Shown: positions 23,826 through 34,256 of the stretch, piece by piece | Layout of the letters: each line of letters starts with the position of its first letter | Numbering within the stretch: position 1 is the first letter of the stretch | Assembly (NCBI GenBank): GCA_973895155.1 | Contig: OZ316892.1 | Span: 13,389,270 to 13,453,269, forward strand | DNA length: 64,000 bases | Direction of reading: 5' to 3' | Source of the DNA: Marsupella aquatica | Taxonomy: Eukaryota; Plantae; Marchantiophyta | Translations under genes and position numbers: made by a program | The notes under the pieces: generated by a model | Seen by the model: only the letters and a program-made list of their open reading frames with translations | The model's database searches: none | Told to the model about the DNA's origin: nothing

Positions 23826-25115
23826 TTGGCTAGTGATGCGCCAATCTTTCGTAGACCATACTGTTACAGTGACATGGAGAGAGCTCTGATTCAAAGCAGA
23901 ACTCAAGATTTGTTGGAAGCTGGATTGGTGGAGATTTCATATGGAGAGTATGCATCTGCCACAGTGATGCCAGCCAAGAAGGATGTGCATGATAATTACA
24001 CAAATAGGCGCATGTGTGGTGATTACAGACCCATTAATTGTCAGACAAAATCTGATAGATATGCCATGCCCACACTTGAGAAGATCTTTGATGCTGTGGG
24101 GCATGCAAAGGTCTTCAATTCATTGGATCTGAGGGTAGGGTACCATCAGCTTCCAATTAGGCATGCTGACAGGTCCAAGACAGCATTCTGGGAGATTGAT
24201 TCTTATGGCAAAGATTATTTGTATCAGTGGTTATTCTTACCATTTGGGTTGAAGAATGCACCAACTGAGTTCCAGAGAGTCATGGATCGAATCCTTGCAG
24301 GTTTGGGTTTTTTCAGATGTTATATTGATGATATTTTGGTCTATTCTTCTACTATGGAAGAACATCAACAACACTTGCAGATTGTGTTGGAGAGATTAAG
24401 AACACATGGGTTGAAGCTCCATCCTAGCAAGTGTAAGTTCTTCCAAGATCAGATTGAGTATTTGGGCCACACTATATGCCCAGGGGGATTGGGTGTACAA
24501 CAGACTAAAGTGGAGGCCATTACACAGATTCCTTGTCCTACTGATGTGAGTAGAGTTCGTGCATTCTTGGGATTGGCGAGCTACTACAGGAGGTATGTTA
24601 AAGGATTTAGCCAGCTTGCTAAACCTTTGACCATACTCACTAAGTTGGACCAGGAATGGATTTGGGGTGATGACCAGGAGCATGCCTTTCAGGAGTTGAA
24701 GCAAAGGTTGGCATCATCCCCTATTTTGAGAAGACCCATTTCAGGCAGATCATTTCAGCTACACAGTGATTGAAGTGGAGTAGGACTTGGAGCAGTGCTG
24801 ACTCAGAAGGATGATGAGGGGAATGAGTTTGTTGTGGCTTATGCCAGTAGATCAAACAATTCAGCAGAGGCTAAGTATAGCTTTTATGAGGGAGAGTGTT
24901 TGGCAGTAGTGTGGGCTGTTGCACACTTTCATTGCTACTTGTTTGGTAACCCCTTCACCTTGATCACTGATCATCAGCCTCTTAAGAGGTTAATGGAGTC
25001 TGACAAGCTTACAGGGAAGCTTGCACGATGGGCATTGTTGTTATAGGAGTATGATTTCCAGGTTGTACATAGACCTGGAAAGGTGAACTTGGAGGCAGAT
25101 GGGTTGAGCCGCAAC
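23826..25115 (+). pseudogene. Gypsy reverse transcriptase and RNase H
   Basis: RMCGDYRPIN, LDLRVGYHQL, LPFGLKNAP, YIDDILVYS, YLGH; RNase H LHSD*SGVGLGAVL, VAYASR, EGECLAVVWAV, TDHQPL, ADGLSR. Confidence 0.95.
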
Positions 25116-25389
25116 CCATGTACCAGTCAGCAGGATGAGACTGGAGCCAGATGGCATGCATCTGCCTTTCTTTGTTGGGTGCCAGCATACAGTGGATCTG
25201 TGGACTCTACCTCATTGGATGGAGTGGATAATGAGTCTTCAGATGTGGATGTTGGTGAGGTAACTTCTGGACAGCAAAATATTCACAATGATGTGAGAGT
25301 GTTGGAATATCTGCATAGTGGTTCTATTGTTGGCAGTGTTGATGCCAAGGAACGCGACAGGGTTCTACAGAGAGCCAAGAGGTTTTGAT

Positions 25390-25597
25390 GGGAGGGAAAC
25401 CATCTTTTGAGAGTACTGCATGATGGTAGGGTGTTGGTGGTACCAAAACCATCACAACGAGTACATTTGGTGCGACATGCACACAAGGAGTTGGGTCACT
25501 TTGGTGTGAAGCGCACTTACAGCTTGCTGCAAATACAATATTGGTGGCGTGGTATGCACACTCATGTCCAGCAATTGATAGCTAAGTGTGTGGTATG
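25390..25597 (+). pseudogene. Integrase N-terminal HHCC zinc finger
   Basis: AHKELGHFGVKRTY...YWWRGM...CVVC; continues in frame at 29441 (DRVRASFN). Confidence 0.9.
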
Positions 25598-28500
25598 TGT
25601 CGCACCCCTACCCTGGGCCTTAAATCCGGGTTAGTGTCGTGGTGCGACCTCGACCACCAGTAGGGGTGAGGGTTTGGGCAAGGAGGTGTGTAGTGACCTT
25701 CATTAGCCCTAAGTCGGGCTAAACCGCTATACTTACTGGTATAACACTCGCATAATTCGTACTTGACATAGATATATTTATTTTCCACCGCTGGAATTTT
25801 CCCTCAGTTAGTGACGCGGACTAACTCCCGACTTGGGGCTTTTCAAGCCATCGACGTGACAGGAACTTGTGACATGCAATGAGTGGCAATCCCTACCATT
25901 AGTCCGCACCCGGTACGTCCCTTAAAATGGCGCCTTTGCCCGGACAAAGCATACACACAACACCAGTTACTCTCAGAAACATTAGGGGGAAAAGACTACA
26001 TTTACTCAGCGAAGCATCAGTTTACATGGTTGACTCGACTTCAAAGGGGGACAACAGGCCCAACGGCAGTCGATGCCCAGTCTCTACGAGGCCCTGCCTC
26101 GCACTTGCCCAGCAAGCTCGACTCTGGCTCTCACTCCTTGGTACGCTCTGACCCTACTCAGGCCGGGACTCCCCGTGCCTCGCCTTTCTTCTGCTGAGAT
26201 AACTAAGCCTTCTCCCCCTTCCCATCGCGGAAGGGGAAGCCTAAATACTACCATAGCGGAAGAGAACCGGAGGATACTACCTTCCGGGGTACTACCTACT
26301 GACTAACTAACTGCTGACTATTGGTCGCGCTGCACTGACCGGTTGACCGTCGACTACGAGTGTGCCAACCGGAATGGCAGCGGCCAAGCCTACTGACAAA
26401 CTCTAGCCCGTTGATGGACTCAATCCTACGTTGGCTGATCCTAACTGACCGGCCCTAATTCTTCCTACTGCCGCTAATCGGCGCCTAATGACAGTCATTC
26501 TATCGTTACGCCTAACTAAAAGATGCCGCTGACTTAACCGCCTCGCGCGGCGCCTGCTTCTACCCTTCGCCAACTACCCCTTACGTGTGTGCAGTGGTTG
26601 GACCAGGGCTGGTCTCCTTGTCGGGGCGAGACCTCGAGCCGCCTTGATCAGAGGTGGGCCCAGGTTTTCCCCGCTGGAGGACGAGCAGGGTGACGCGGTC
26701 CTGCAAAGCCTTGTTATCCCGTAATGCTTCCTCCGCCTCGTTTGCAGCTTCATCGACTTCAGTCTGGAGCCGCGCCACCTCCAAGTTGAGCTGGTCGATG
26801 GCGTCGCGATGGACTTGGTCCTGCGCTAGCAATTTATCTCGTTTGGCGGAGAGACTAGCCACCTGCTGTGCTGCCTGCAGGAATTGTTTGTTGAGGTCGG
26901 TCAGGCTGGTAACCCGAGCCAAAGATTCTGAGCGTAATTGAAGCACGGTGTCGTCCAGCTTCTTGAGTTCGGCCTGCGCTCCGCTTAACTCCTGGGTTAG
27001 TTCGTCCCTCTGTTCGACAGTGCAGACTAAATCCTCACGGCGGGTCGTTGCCTCCTCCTCGAGGTGCTCTACCAGCATCTGGAGACGCCCGATCTCATTC
27101 CCCTTCGCCATGAGTTCTTCTTCCAAGCGGCTGACGATCCGTGGTTGGTGCTCTAACATGAAGAAGGCTGGCTGAAAGTACGCCGAGACTTGTTGTCCGA
27201 TGTATGTCGCCAACTCCCCAGACATAGTCTGGCTAAACTTCTGGACCAGGTCGTAGGCCATGGTCCCCAGGGCTACTTGGTAGTCCTCCATCCTCTCGGG
27301 TACCGGTGGTTCCTCGGCAGGGGCAATGAGCTCCTCCGTAGTCAGCGTTGGGGAGGGGAAGGTTTCTTCAGGTGGTGGAGGGATTGGGGGTGGTTGTACT
27401 GCAGGTAGCGGAGGCTCAACGGAAGGAGGCGGTGGAATTTCCACAGGGGGCGGTTGCGGAGTATTAGTCGGGGCTTACGGCTTGGGGTTTGTCCAAGGGA
27501 CAGTAGTCCGCGTAGTCGGGGTTGCCTCCTCTGGGGCGGGGGTGACATTACCCGGGGCTGAGGTGGCCGTATTCTTTCCTCTGGCCTCCCGCCGTGCCTT
27601 GTACCAGGCGAGGATAATGGCGATATGACTTCCCAAGTAAGTCTTCCCTCCAATAGCCATACCACCCTGAGCCCGCTTCAGCTCCCCCGAGAATCTTTGG
27701 TAGAAGAATTGGGCCCAGTTTCGTCGTTTGTACTGTTCCACCTGCACGATCGTGCAGAGGGAAATCTCGGATCGTGGCTCAATCATATGTAGGGTAGTCC
27801 GTATGAAGTTAAGCCGCTCCATACAGGTTAAGTTGGTGCACGCCCCCTGCTTGTATTCGTTGTCCGTCTTACCCTCGGGTTTGAAGTGCCACGGCGTATA
27901 CTCCTTATCCCGAATTTGGATTTCCACCGGCACCGGCCCGGTTGGTAGGCCAAAAATTTGCGTTAACCGATGCTCCGTGAGTGACAAGGTCTGCCCCGAA
28001 ACCTTGGTGGTCGACGCATCAGTGTCGAAATTGGAGATGAACTCACAAATCTCCTTCGGCCCGGCGGCGCACGGCCTCCATAGTAAGTGGGCGAACCGCT
28101 CCAACTGATGCTCCTTGAGATAGTTCGCATGTTCGAGTTTCTTGATCGCGATCCAGACTACCTCGGGGACGCGGATTACCTGTAATAAGTTGGACTTTGG
28201 GTTATCCGGGGGCCGTCGGGTCTGGTTGGTCGGGGGGTTTGCCGGGGCAGGTGCAGGTGCGGCGTCGGTCCGTGTTGATTCGGGGGCCGTGGTAGTCCTT
28301 GACCGCTTACGAGGACGCTGTTCGAGTTGCGGACTAGCTCGCTCGGAACCCGAAGAACACTCCGCGTTGATTACTGGACGGACTTGGGACTGGTTCGGCG
28401 GTACTCCGGTGGTCATCGGTTGAGGCGCTGGGGTAGCCATATCCCAGTTGAAGGCGTTGGAGCTTTCCCCGAGGAACGTGAGATTACGCGCCACTTCCCG

Positions 28501-29435
28501 TTGTCTGCTGATGTCTTCTTGGCGCTTTTTGGCTGCGATCTGCTGGTCTAGGTACCCCGGAATCTTGTCGAACTCCGCTTGAGTAAGCCGCTGGTTGCCC
28601 TTTAGCTTAAAGAACTTAGCTAGAACCTCAAGAATCGCCTCTGCTACCGATCTAAGCCCTTCCTCGCTGAGATATAGTTCGGTGATGTAGTCTCGCAGCT
28701 CGTTATAGCTAGAATCCCTGGTGATGGCTGTCCTTTCGCAATTAACCAGTGCTACCTTGGTTACCAGCTTCGCGTACCTTCGTTCGTAAGCGGCTTTCTC
28801 GGGGCAAGAGTACCAGTAAGTCTCGGAGAACTTAGCACCTACCTCGCCAAACAAGGTCCAAAATCCCAAGGCTGTGAGGGTCATACTAACCTCGTAGTCT
28901 GGTTCGTTGCGTCCACGTTCCCACCTGGCTGGTCCTTTTTCGCGGAGGCCTCGCTCGTCCTGACTAAATCTCGCCACATTCCGCTCTTCTCCCTCGATAA
29001 TTTCCTCGTAAAGGTCGACTGGATTCAATCAAAAAGGCGAGCGGATGGCAGCGTCCGTGAATTCCAAAAAGGTAAACGTGAGCGAATGGCCCGTAGTGCC
29101 ATCGGCTCCTCTCTTATGGGGGTGCCAGGACGAGCCCGAGCGTGAGAAGGTCAGGCCGTTTGGTCATTGATAACGAGCTGAAGTCGGGGTCTCGGTCCAA
29201 GCGTGATTCTTCTAACTGATTTTTACTCCGCTGCCGCCACCGTACCTCCATCGTGCGTAATAATCCCTTTCCTGAACTCGTAATTATTCGGTTATCTTAA
29301 CCTACTCCTAATCTAATCATAATGGCAACTTGGCGGCTATACATGCTATTCTACGTTATGGCTACGGTCCTTATGACCATATAAGTCCTAATCTTTGACC
29401 TGGGTTCGGTCAAGTGACACGTTGCCCGTGTCACA
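25598..29435. mobile_element. 3.84-kb TG...CA insertion (solo-LTR-like) containing a long ORF
   Basis: Begins TGTCGCACCC and ends GTGTCACA; 5-bp TSD GTATG at 25593-25597 and 29436-29440. Its removal restores the integrase frame. Confidence 0.85.
26581..29028 (-). pseudogene. ~815-codon retroelement accessory protein (plant-transposon/PMD-like domain, Pro-rich linker, long coiled coil); one internal TAA at 27475
   Basis: The 517-aa and 287-aa ORFs are in the same frame, separated by a single stop. ICEFISNF...VSGQTLSLTEHRLTQIFGLP resembles plant-transposon accessory ORFs; the C-terminus is heptad-rich. Confidence 0.7.
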
Positions 29436-29440
29436 GTATG

Positions 29441-30561
29441 TGATAGAGTGAGAGCATCATTTAATGCTCCCACTCCCCAGTTGCACCCATTGCCGATCAT
29501 GGGTTTGGGATATCGTTGGAGTTTGGATTTTGCTGGTCCATTACCTCTTACCCAACGTCATAATCGCTATGTTTTGGTCATGGTGGAGCACTTCTCCAAG
29601 TGGATTGAGCTAGTGGCATTGCCCGATAAAGCCAGTGGAGGAGTTGCTGCTATATTTTTGGATCGCGTACTCAGTCATTTTGGAGCACTAGCTGAGGTGT
29701 TGACTGATCAGGGAACTGAGTTCTATGGAGAGTTTGAGAGTTTGTGTGAACAAGCTCTGATTGATCATTGTACTACCTCTCGTGATCATCCTGAGGCAGA
29801 TGGATTAGCTGAGAGAGTTGTGCAAATTGTGAAGAGAGGATTGCGTAAGTATGGCTTGCAGGTTGGTCATCTGGGAGATTGGGATCTCCAGCTACCTTGG
29901 TTAGCTATGGGCTACCGTTTCAGTCGGCAAGCATCACTTGCATCCTTCTCACCTTACTTTTTGCTCTATGGTAGAGAGCTAGATTTGCTAGCAGCTATTC
30001 GTCGTGATGCTGCACCAGTTGTGAACTTGGATGATCCTGATGTTTGGGTCAAGGTGTGTTCAGAGAGAGCACGGGTATTTCAGAGAGTGATGCCCATGGC
30101 TTTTAACAACCTTGCCATTGCCCAACATCGTGATACTTTGAGGTATGCCACTATTTGTAGAGGAGGTTACCGTGCAAGCATCCGACGTTCATCCTGGTGA
30201 TTATGTTTATTTGCAGCAGACAGCACCCACAACACTTGATGTGACTGCAGGTCGGACAATCTTACGTGTGCGTGAAGTGTTGCCTTCTGGTGTCCTGATG
30301 TTGGAGGGACGCGATGATATGGTTTGGAAGGATCATGTGCGCAACTGTGCACCATGTCACATTCCCAACATTGATGGTACAGTAGATCCAAGCTTGACAC
30401 ATGTTCGTGTTGGCTTGAAATGTATGTTGTGTGGATCTGCTCAGGGAGCAGCTACTATGTTGATTTGTGATAAGTGTTCTAGAGGATGGTACATGTCATG
30501 TTTGACACCACCATTGCAGGTGATTCCTAGTGGATCATGGTTGTGTCCTCAATGTCGGTGA
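29441..30561 (+). pseudogene. Integrase core, C-terminal domain and PHD finger (one frameshift near 30190)
   Basis: WSLDFAGP, LTDQGTEF, ADGLAERVVQ, SPYFLLYGR, PGDYVYL; ends CMLC-x11-CDKCSRGW(Y)MSCLTPPL-x7-WLCPQC. Confidence 0.9.
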
Positions 30562-30725
30562 AGCCGACTAGTTATCATTTGTGTTCTCTTGGCAGATATG
30601 GATTGCAGGTAGGTGATCGATGGGGCTCACTTGCACCCGGCCTCCTGATCTTCACACCTAAAAAGGTGTATATCAACCTTGTAGAACTCATGGCTAGCTA
30701 GAGTTAGGGGACCTTACTCCCAGCT

Positions 30726-30736
30726 AGGGGGGCAAT
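30726..30736 (+). promoter_or_regulatory. Polypurine tract
   Basis: AGGGGGGCAAT immediately before TGTGGG at 30737, about 165 bp after the pol stop. Confidence 0.75.
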
Positions 30737-31328
30737 TGTGGGTTTTGGACATGTGTGGACATGAGTTCCACTTGTATTCCATTCTCTTGTGTTTGTGATG
30801 TGGCAGTGTGACTATGTTTGGATGTATGTGACAAGCGATGTATGTTGTATAACGATGTGTATGCGCACGATAGCTGTCATACCATTTTAGGTAGTGTTAG
30901 AGTGTATCATACTATCTAGATCCGTATGTTTGGTATATGTGCTATATGAGTCGATAAGGTTCCATTAGGTTTGTGTGAGAGAGTACTTCTCACTTGTGAG
31001 GCATTGAAAGGTCATCTTTCAATGTTGAGCCTTGGAGAGAGAGAGGAGCTTGAGTGTGGCTATGGTGGCTATGAGCTCCACTTGTGTAAACGTGGATTCC
31101 TTGAGTAGTGCAAGGTGCGTTGGCTTGACATACGTGTGTGATCGGATCGGTGTGGGATCGATGGGGTATTGTTGACCGGGATTTTTGTGCCGATTGTATT
31201 GAGATTATTGTGGGTTTTGGACATGTGTGGACATGAGTTCCACTTGTATTCCATTCTCTTGTGTTTGTGATGTGGCAATGTGACTATGTTTAGATGTATG
31301 TTATGTAGCGATGTGTATGCGCACGACA
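30737..31328 (+). repeat. 3' LTR (A+B, 30737-31207) followed directly by a second LTR part A (31209-31328)
   Basis: 30737-30872 matches 31209-31328 (with a 16-bp indel); 30875-31207 matches 10121-10453. Confidence 0.85.
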
Positions 31329-31516
31329 AGACAGTGAGGATCGTTGAGTAGCGGTCGTATAGGTGAGCAAGTGCGGCTTTGTATGGGAGGGGCCGCTGGT
31401 GGTGCAAGAGGCACTTGGGTGCTTGCTCAAGGTATTCTGTGGAGGCGTTCGGACACCAAGGGCACTTAGGCGCGAGTGCTGGGATTGGTGAGGGCGCTGG
31501 GTGGTGAGGTCCACCA

Positions 31517-33410
31517 CTGCTCTACACACACTTGGAGATGAATCTCCATCGTGGAGAGCCAACTCAGGAACTTTTGTCCACTTTGTTCATAGGCCCCATC
31601 GTAAGTTGGAGGAGTCAATAGTTGGTTCACTTGGAACATACTCTTTCCAACTACCATGCCCCCCTCAAGACGTGACGCACTCTGACTACCCAGACTTAGT
31701 AAGTATTTGATCTGAGCCCCCTTGTTGGGTTCCAACTGCTCATAATTGAGACGTTGGTCTTGAGCAAACGACCCCGAACCATCGTCACTGGTTGGGACCT
31801 TGTGAGTTGTATGAGGATGGTCCTTCAACTGTCTTTCCTTTGTGGGCCGCCTATCCTTAGGTTCTCATGTGGATTTTGGTGATATCCCTAGCGACTTGCG
31901 GGCACCATGACCTCTTGAGGCTGTGACATCACCCTCATCACCCTGGTTATGCTTGGTCAAATTATCCATGATGATGTCTGGCTCAACATCATCCACTAGT
32001 TCCGCGTCCAACCCTCTTAAGGTGGGAATCAATCCCTCTTCTGGGTCCTGACCCCCTTCCCCGATCCGGCTTCCGAATTGTTGTCTTTCTCATCTAAGTC
32101 GATGTTGTCCTCACTCGACTTGTCCTCTAGAGGATTGGCCACCATGTAACTCTCGAAACCATTTTTTTATTTATAAGACCCGCCTCTACCACAGCTGCAT
32201 GTCTCGGGACATCCGTAGACTCCTTCCCCTTAACTCGACGTCGCTCTGCACTTGACGTGTTTGCCGCAGCAGCCGATGGTTCAGCCGCCATGTCCTCATT
32301 GTCTTCTTTGTAGCGTTTGTCTAGGGAAGTTGACCCGTCCTCTTTTTGTTCCACTTGAACTTCAGCCCTCCCTTTGGTGGGAAGAGCCTTTCTTCCACTC
32401 TTTGATCGAGTGTTTGTAGCCATGTCTCCAGCAACCAGATCTGCCTGCAGTTGACCCGTCGGACATGTTGAAGCACTAAGTCCCCGCAAAATTTTGCGAG
32501 GATTTTTGGATTCCAACCTAGCCCAACTCCGGCTATGCAAGCAATTTCTCTGATACCACAAGTGGTGGACAGTGCCATCCAACGTGCTCACCAATCCCAA
32601 CACCCACGCCTAAGTGCCATTGGTGCCCGAACGCCTCCACGGAACTCCTAAAGCAAGCAACTTGATGCTCCTTGCATCCCTCGCGACAACTCCCATACAA
32701 AGCCGCACTTGCTCCCTAACCCGACCGTCGCTCAACGGTCCTCACAATCTGCACAAGCACCCAAGCACTCTAGTAAGTGACCCGGTAAGTAACCCCAAAA
32801 GTATCTGGATCTCCCCAAGTCTAGCCTCCTAACTCAAGCTCAATAGACATTGGTAAGTAGGTCAACAATAAGTCCTCCTATTGCCATAAACCGGAACCAA
32901 AGCCGACACCAATCGTTCACCCAGAACAGCCCCTCCGTGGGTGCAGCCCGGGTTCCCCCTCGTACCTATCCATCACCAACTGACCATCCTGTCCCCAGGA
33001 CATGTTCATGGCCCAAATAGTGTCACTTATCCCAAAGCTTGTCTCGACTCTAATGACCAACTCCCAGTTCTCACCCCATTGATGGCCTAGGGGCCAAGTG
33101 CACTTGGAACTCAACCTCCATGCCTACTTGGCCTTGCCTTCCCAACGCAAGCTCTCTTGGGAGACTGAACGCAGTTTGGCTGCTGTTTCGGCATAATTTG
33201 GCAAGCGGGCAAGATAGTCCTCGCAAACCCCGAGAACCCATGGCACCCCTAGTCCCAGCTGAGCTCAAGATTTTTTGTTTGGCATTTCCCTTTAGTGTCG
33301 TGACTGCGGCAGCTCATGACTTTGGCTAGTCCTTAGCCCCCATGGAGACACCACTCACCTCATATACGTTTATGGAGACCTACCACCCCTGGACCTACTT
33401 TGGTCCCCAA
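31517..33410 (-). mobile_element. Outer Gypsy element (family A): truncated 5' LTR 32563-33410, tRNA-iMet PBS, 5' part of gag
   Basis: On the - strand: ...GTCCACCA-cttg-TGGTATCAGAG (PBS 32548-32558); gag-like PPTYDG...SWLSTME in 31517-31828. Confidence 0.7.
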
Positions 33411-33534
33411 ATAGCACTTAGAGATTTTTATTCATATCTATTTACTTTCAAGGAACTGGTCATGCGACTAGTATGTCATAAAGGAGACCTAAATCCTATA
33501 CATGTAGGTCCGTTGGTCCTTTACTGTACATCAT

Positions 33535-33755
33535 TAAGTGACCCTCATGCTTGGCCTCATGCTTGGCTCCAAGGAGTAAATGACCCTCATGCATGGCCTC
33601 AGGCTTGGCCCCATGCTTGGCCTCATGCTTGGCCTCATGCTTGGCCCCGTGCTTGGCTCCAAGCAGTAGGTGACCGGATGGATTGGCCTCGTGCTTGGCT
33701 CCAAGCAGTAAGTGACCGGATGGATTGGCCTCGTGCTTGGCTCCATGCTTGGCGC
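33535..33755. repeat. 12-bp minisatellite (cctcatgcttgg) with ~42-bp higher-order units
   Basis: Directly visible repeats; they generate the AWPH/AKHE repeat ORFs in the track. Confidence 0.85.
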
Positions 33756-34256
33756 ACAGCATATACAGTAGCAGTAGCAGTACAGAGATAATATAATAAC
33801 ACGGGCGATGGACGAGACAGAGTTCGTGTGCCGTGAACGAATGGAAAGTCCGAAATCACACAGTTTGGCTGAAGAGTGAGTGGAGACGGACGATGCAGGG
33901 GAGTCGGGAAATTCGTAGATCGCCAAGAGCGCAGGAAATCAAATTTGGCAATGCTCGATCGGGTGGCAGAATGCGCAGCCGGGATCAGGGTTTCCTCCGC
34001 TTCTGCTTACCGTTCAAGGCCTTCGCTGATGAGTGAGGTGTATTTCTTCTTCTCGATCCGCAGAAGGGCGATCGATCGTGTTTCTCGGATGATCGCTGCT
34101 CAATAAATTATGTCTAGTAACAATCGAGGTGGACTGTGAGATTTTATGCGTGGGAGCTTCTTTGGAGAGACGAACAGGACAGAGAAGCCATTTGGTTAGC
34201 TGAGTGCACACGTCGAGCTCAGCACAGGGGAGGGAGGGGAATGCTCCTGAGAAAAG

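Larger units (their letters stand above)
10121..31328 (+). mobile_element. Degenerate Ty3/Gypsy LTR retrotransposon carrying a DNMT3-like C5-methyltransferase and a PHD finger
   Basis: TG...CA termini (TGTCAC...CACGACA), 4-bp TSD AGAC at 10117-10120 and 31329-31332, matching LTR segments, PPT, and domain order gag-PR-MTase-RT-RH-INT-PHD. Confidence 0.85.
8775..31516 (+). mobile_element. Solo LTR (family A, ~1.5 kb: 8775-10120 plus 31333-31516), split by the 21-kb methyltransferase Gypsy
   Basis: 9360-10120 and 31333-31516 together match the reverse complement of the LTR at 32563-33410. Ends ...GTCCACCA. CTGC is duplicated at 8771-8774 and 31517-31520; the first base is A instead of T. Confidence 0.7.

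Noticed and set aside
33342-33926. ORFs with AWPH / AKHE / PSMR repeats
   Set aside because: All frames are open because of a 12-bp minisatellite; no evidence of coding function.
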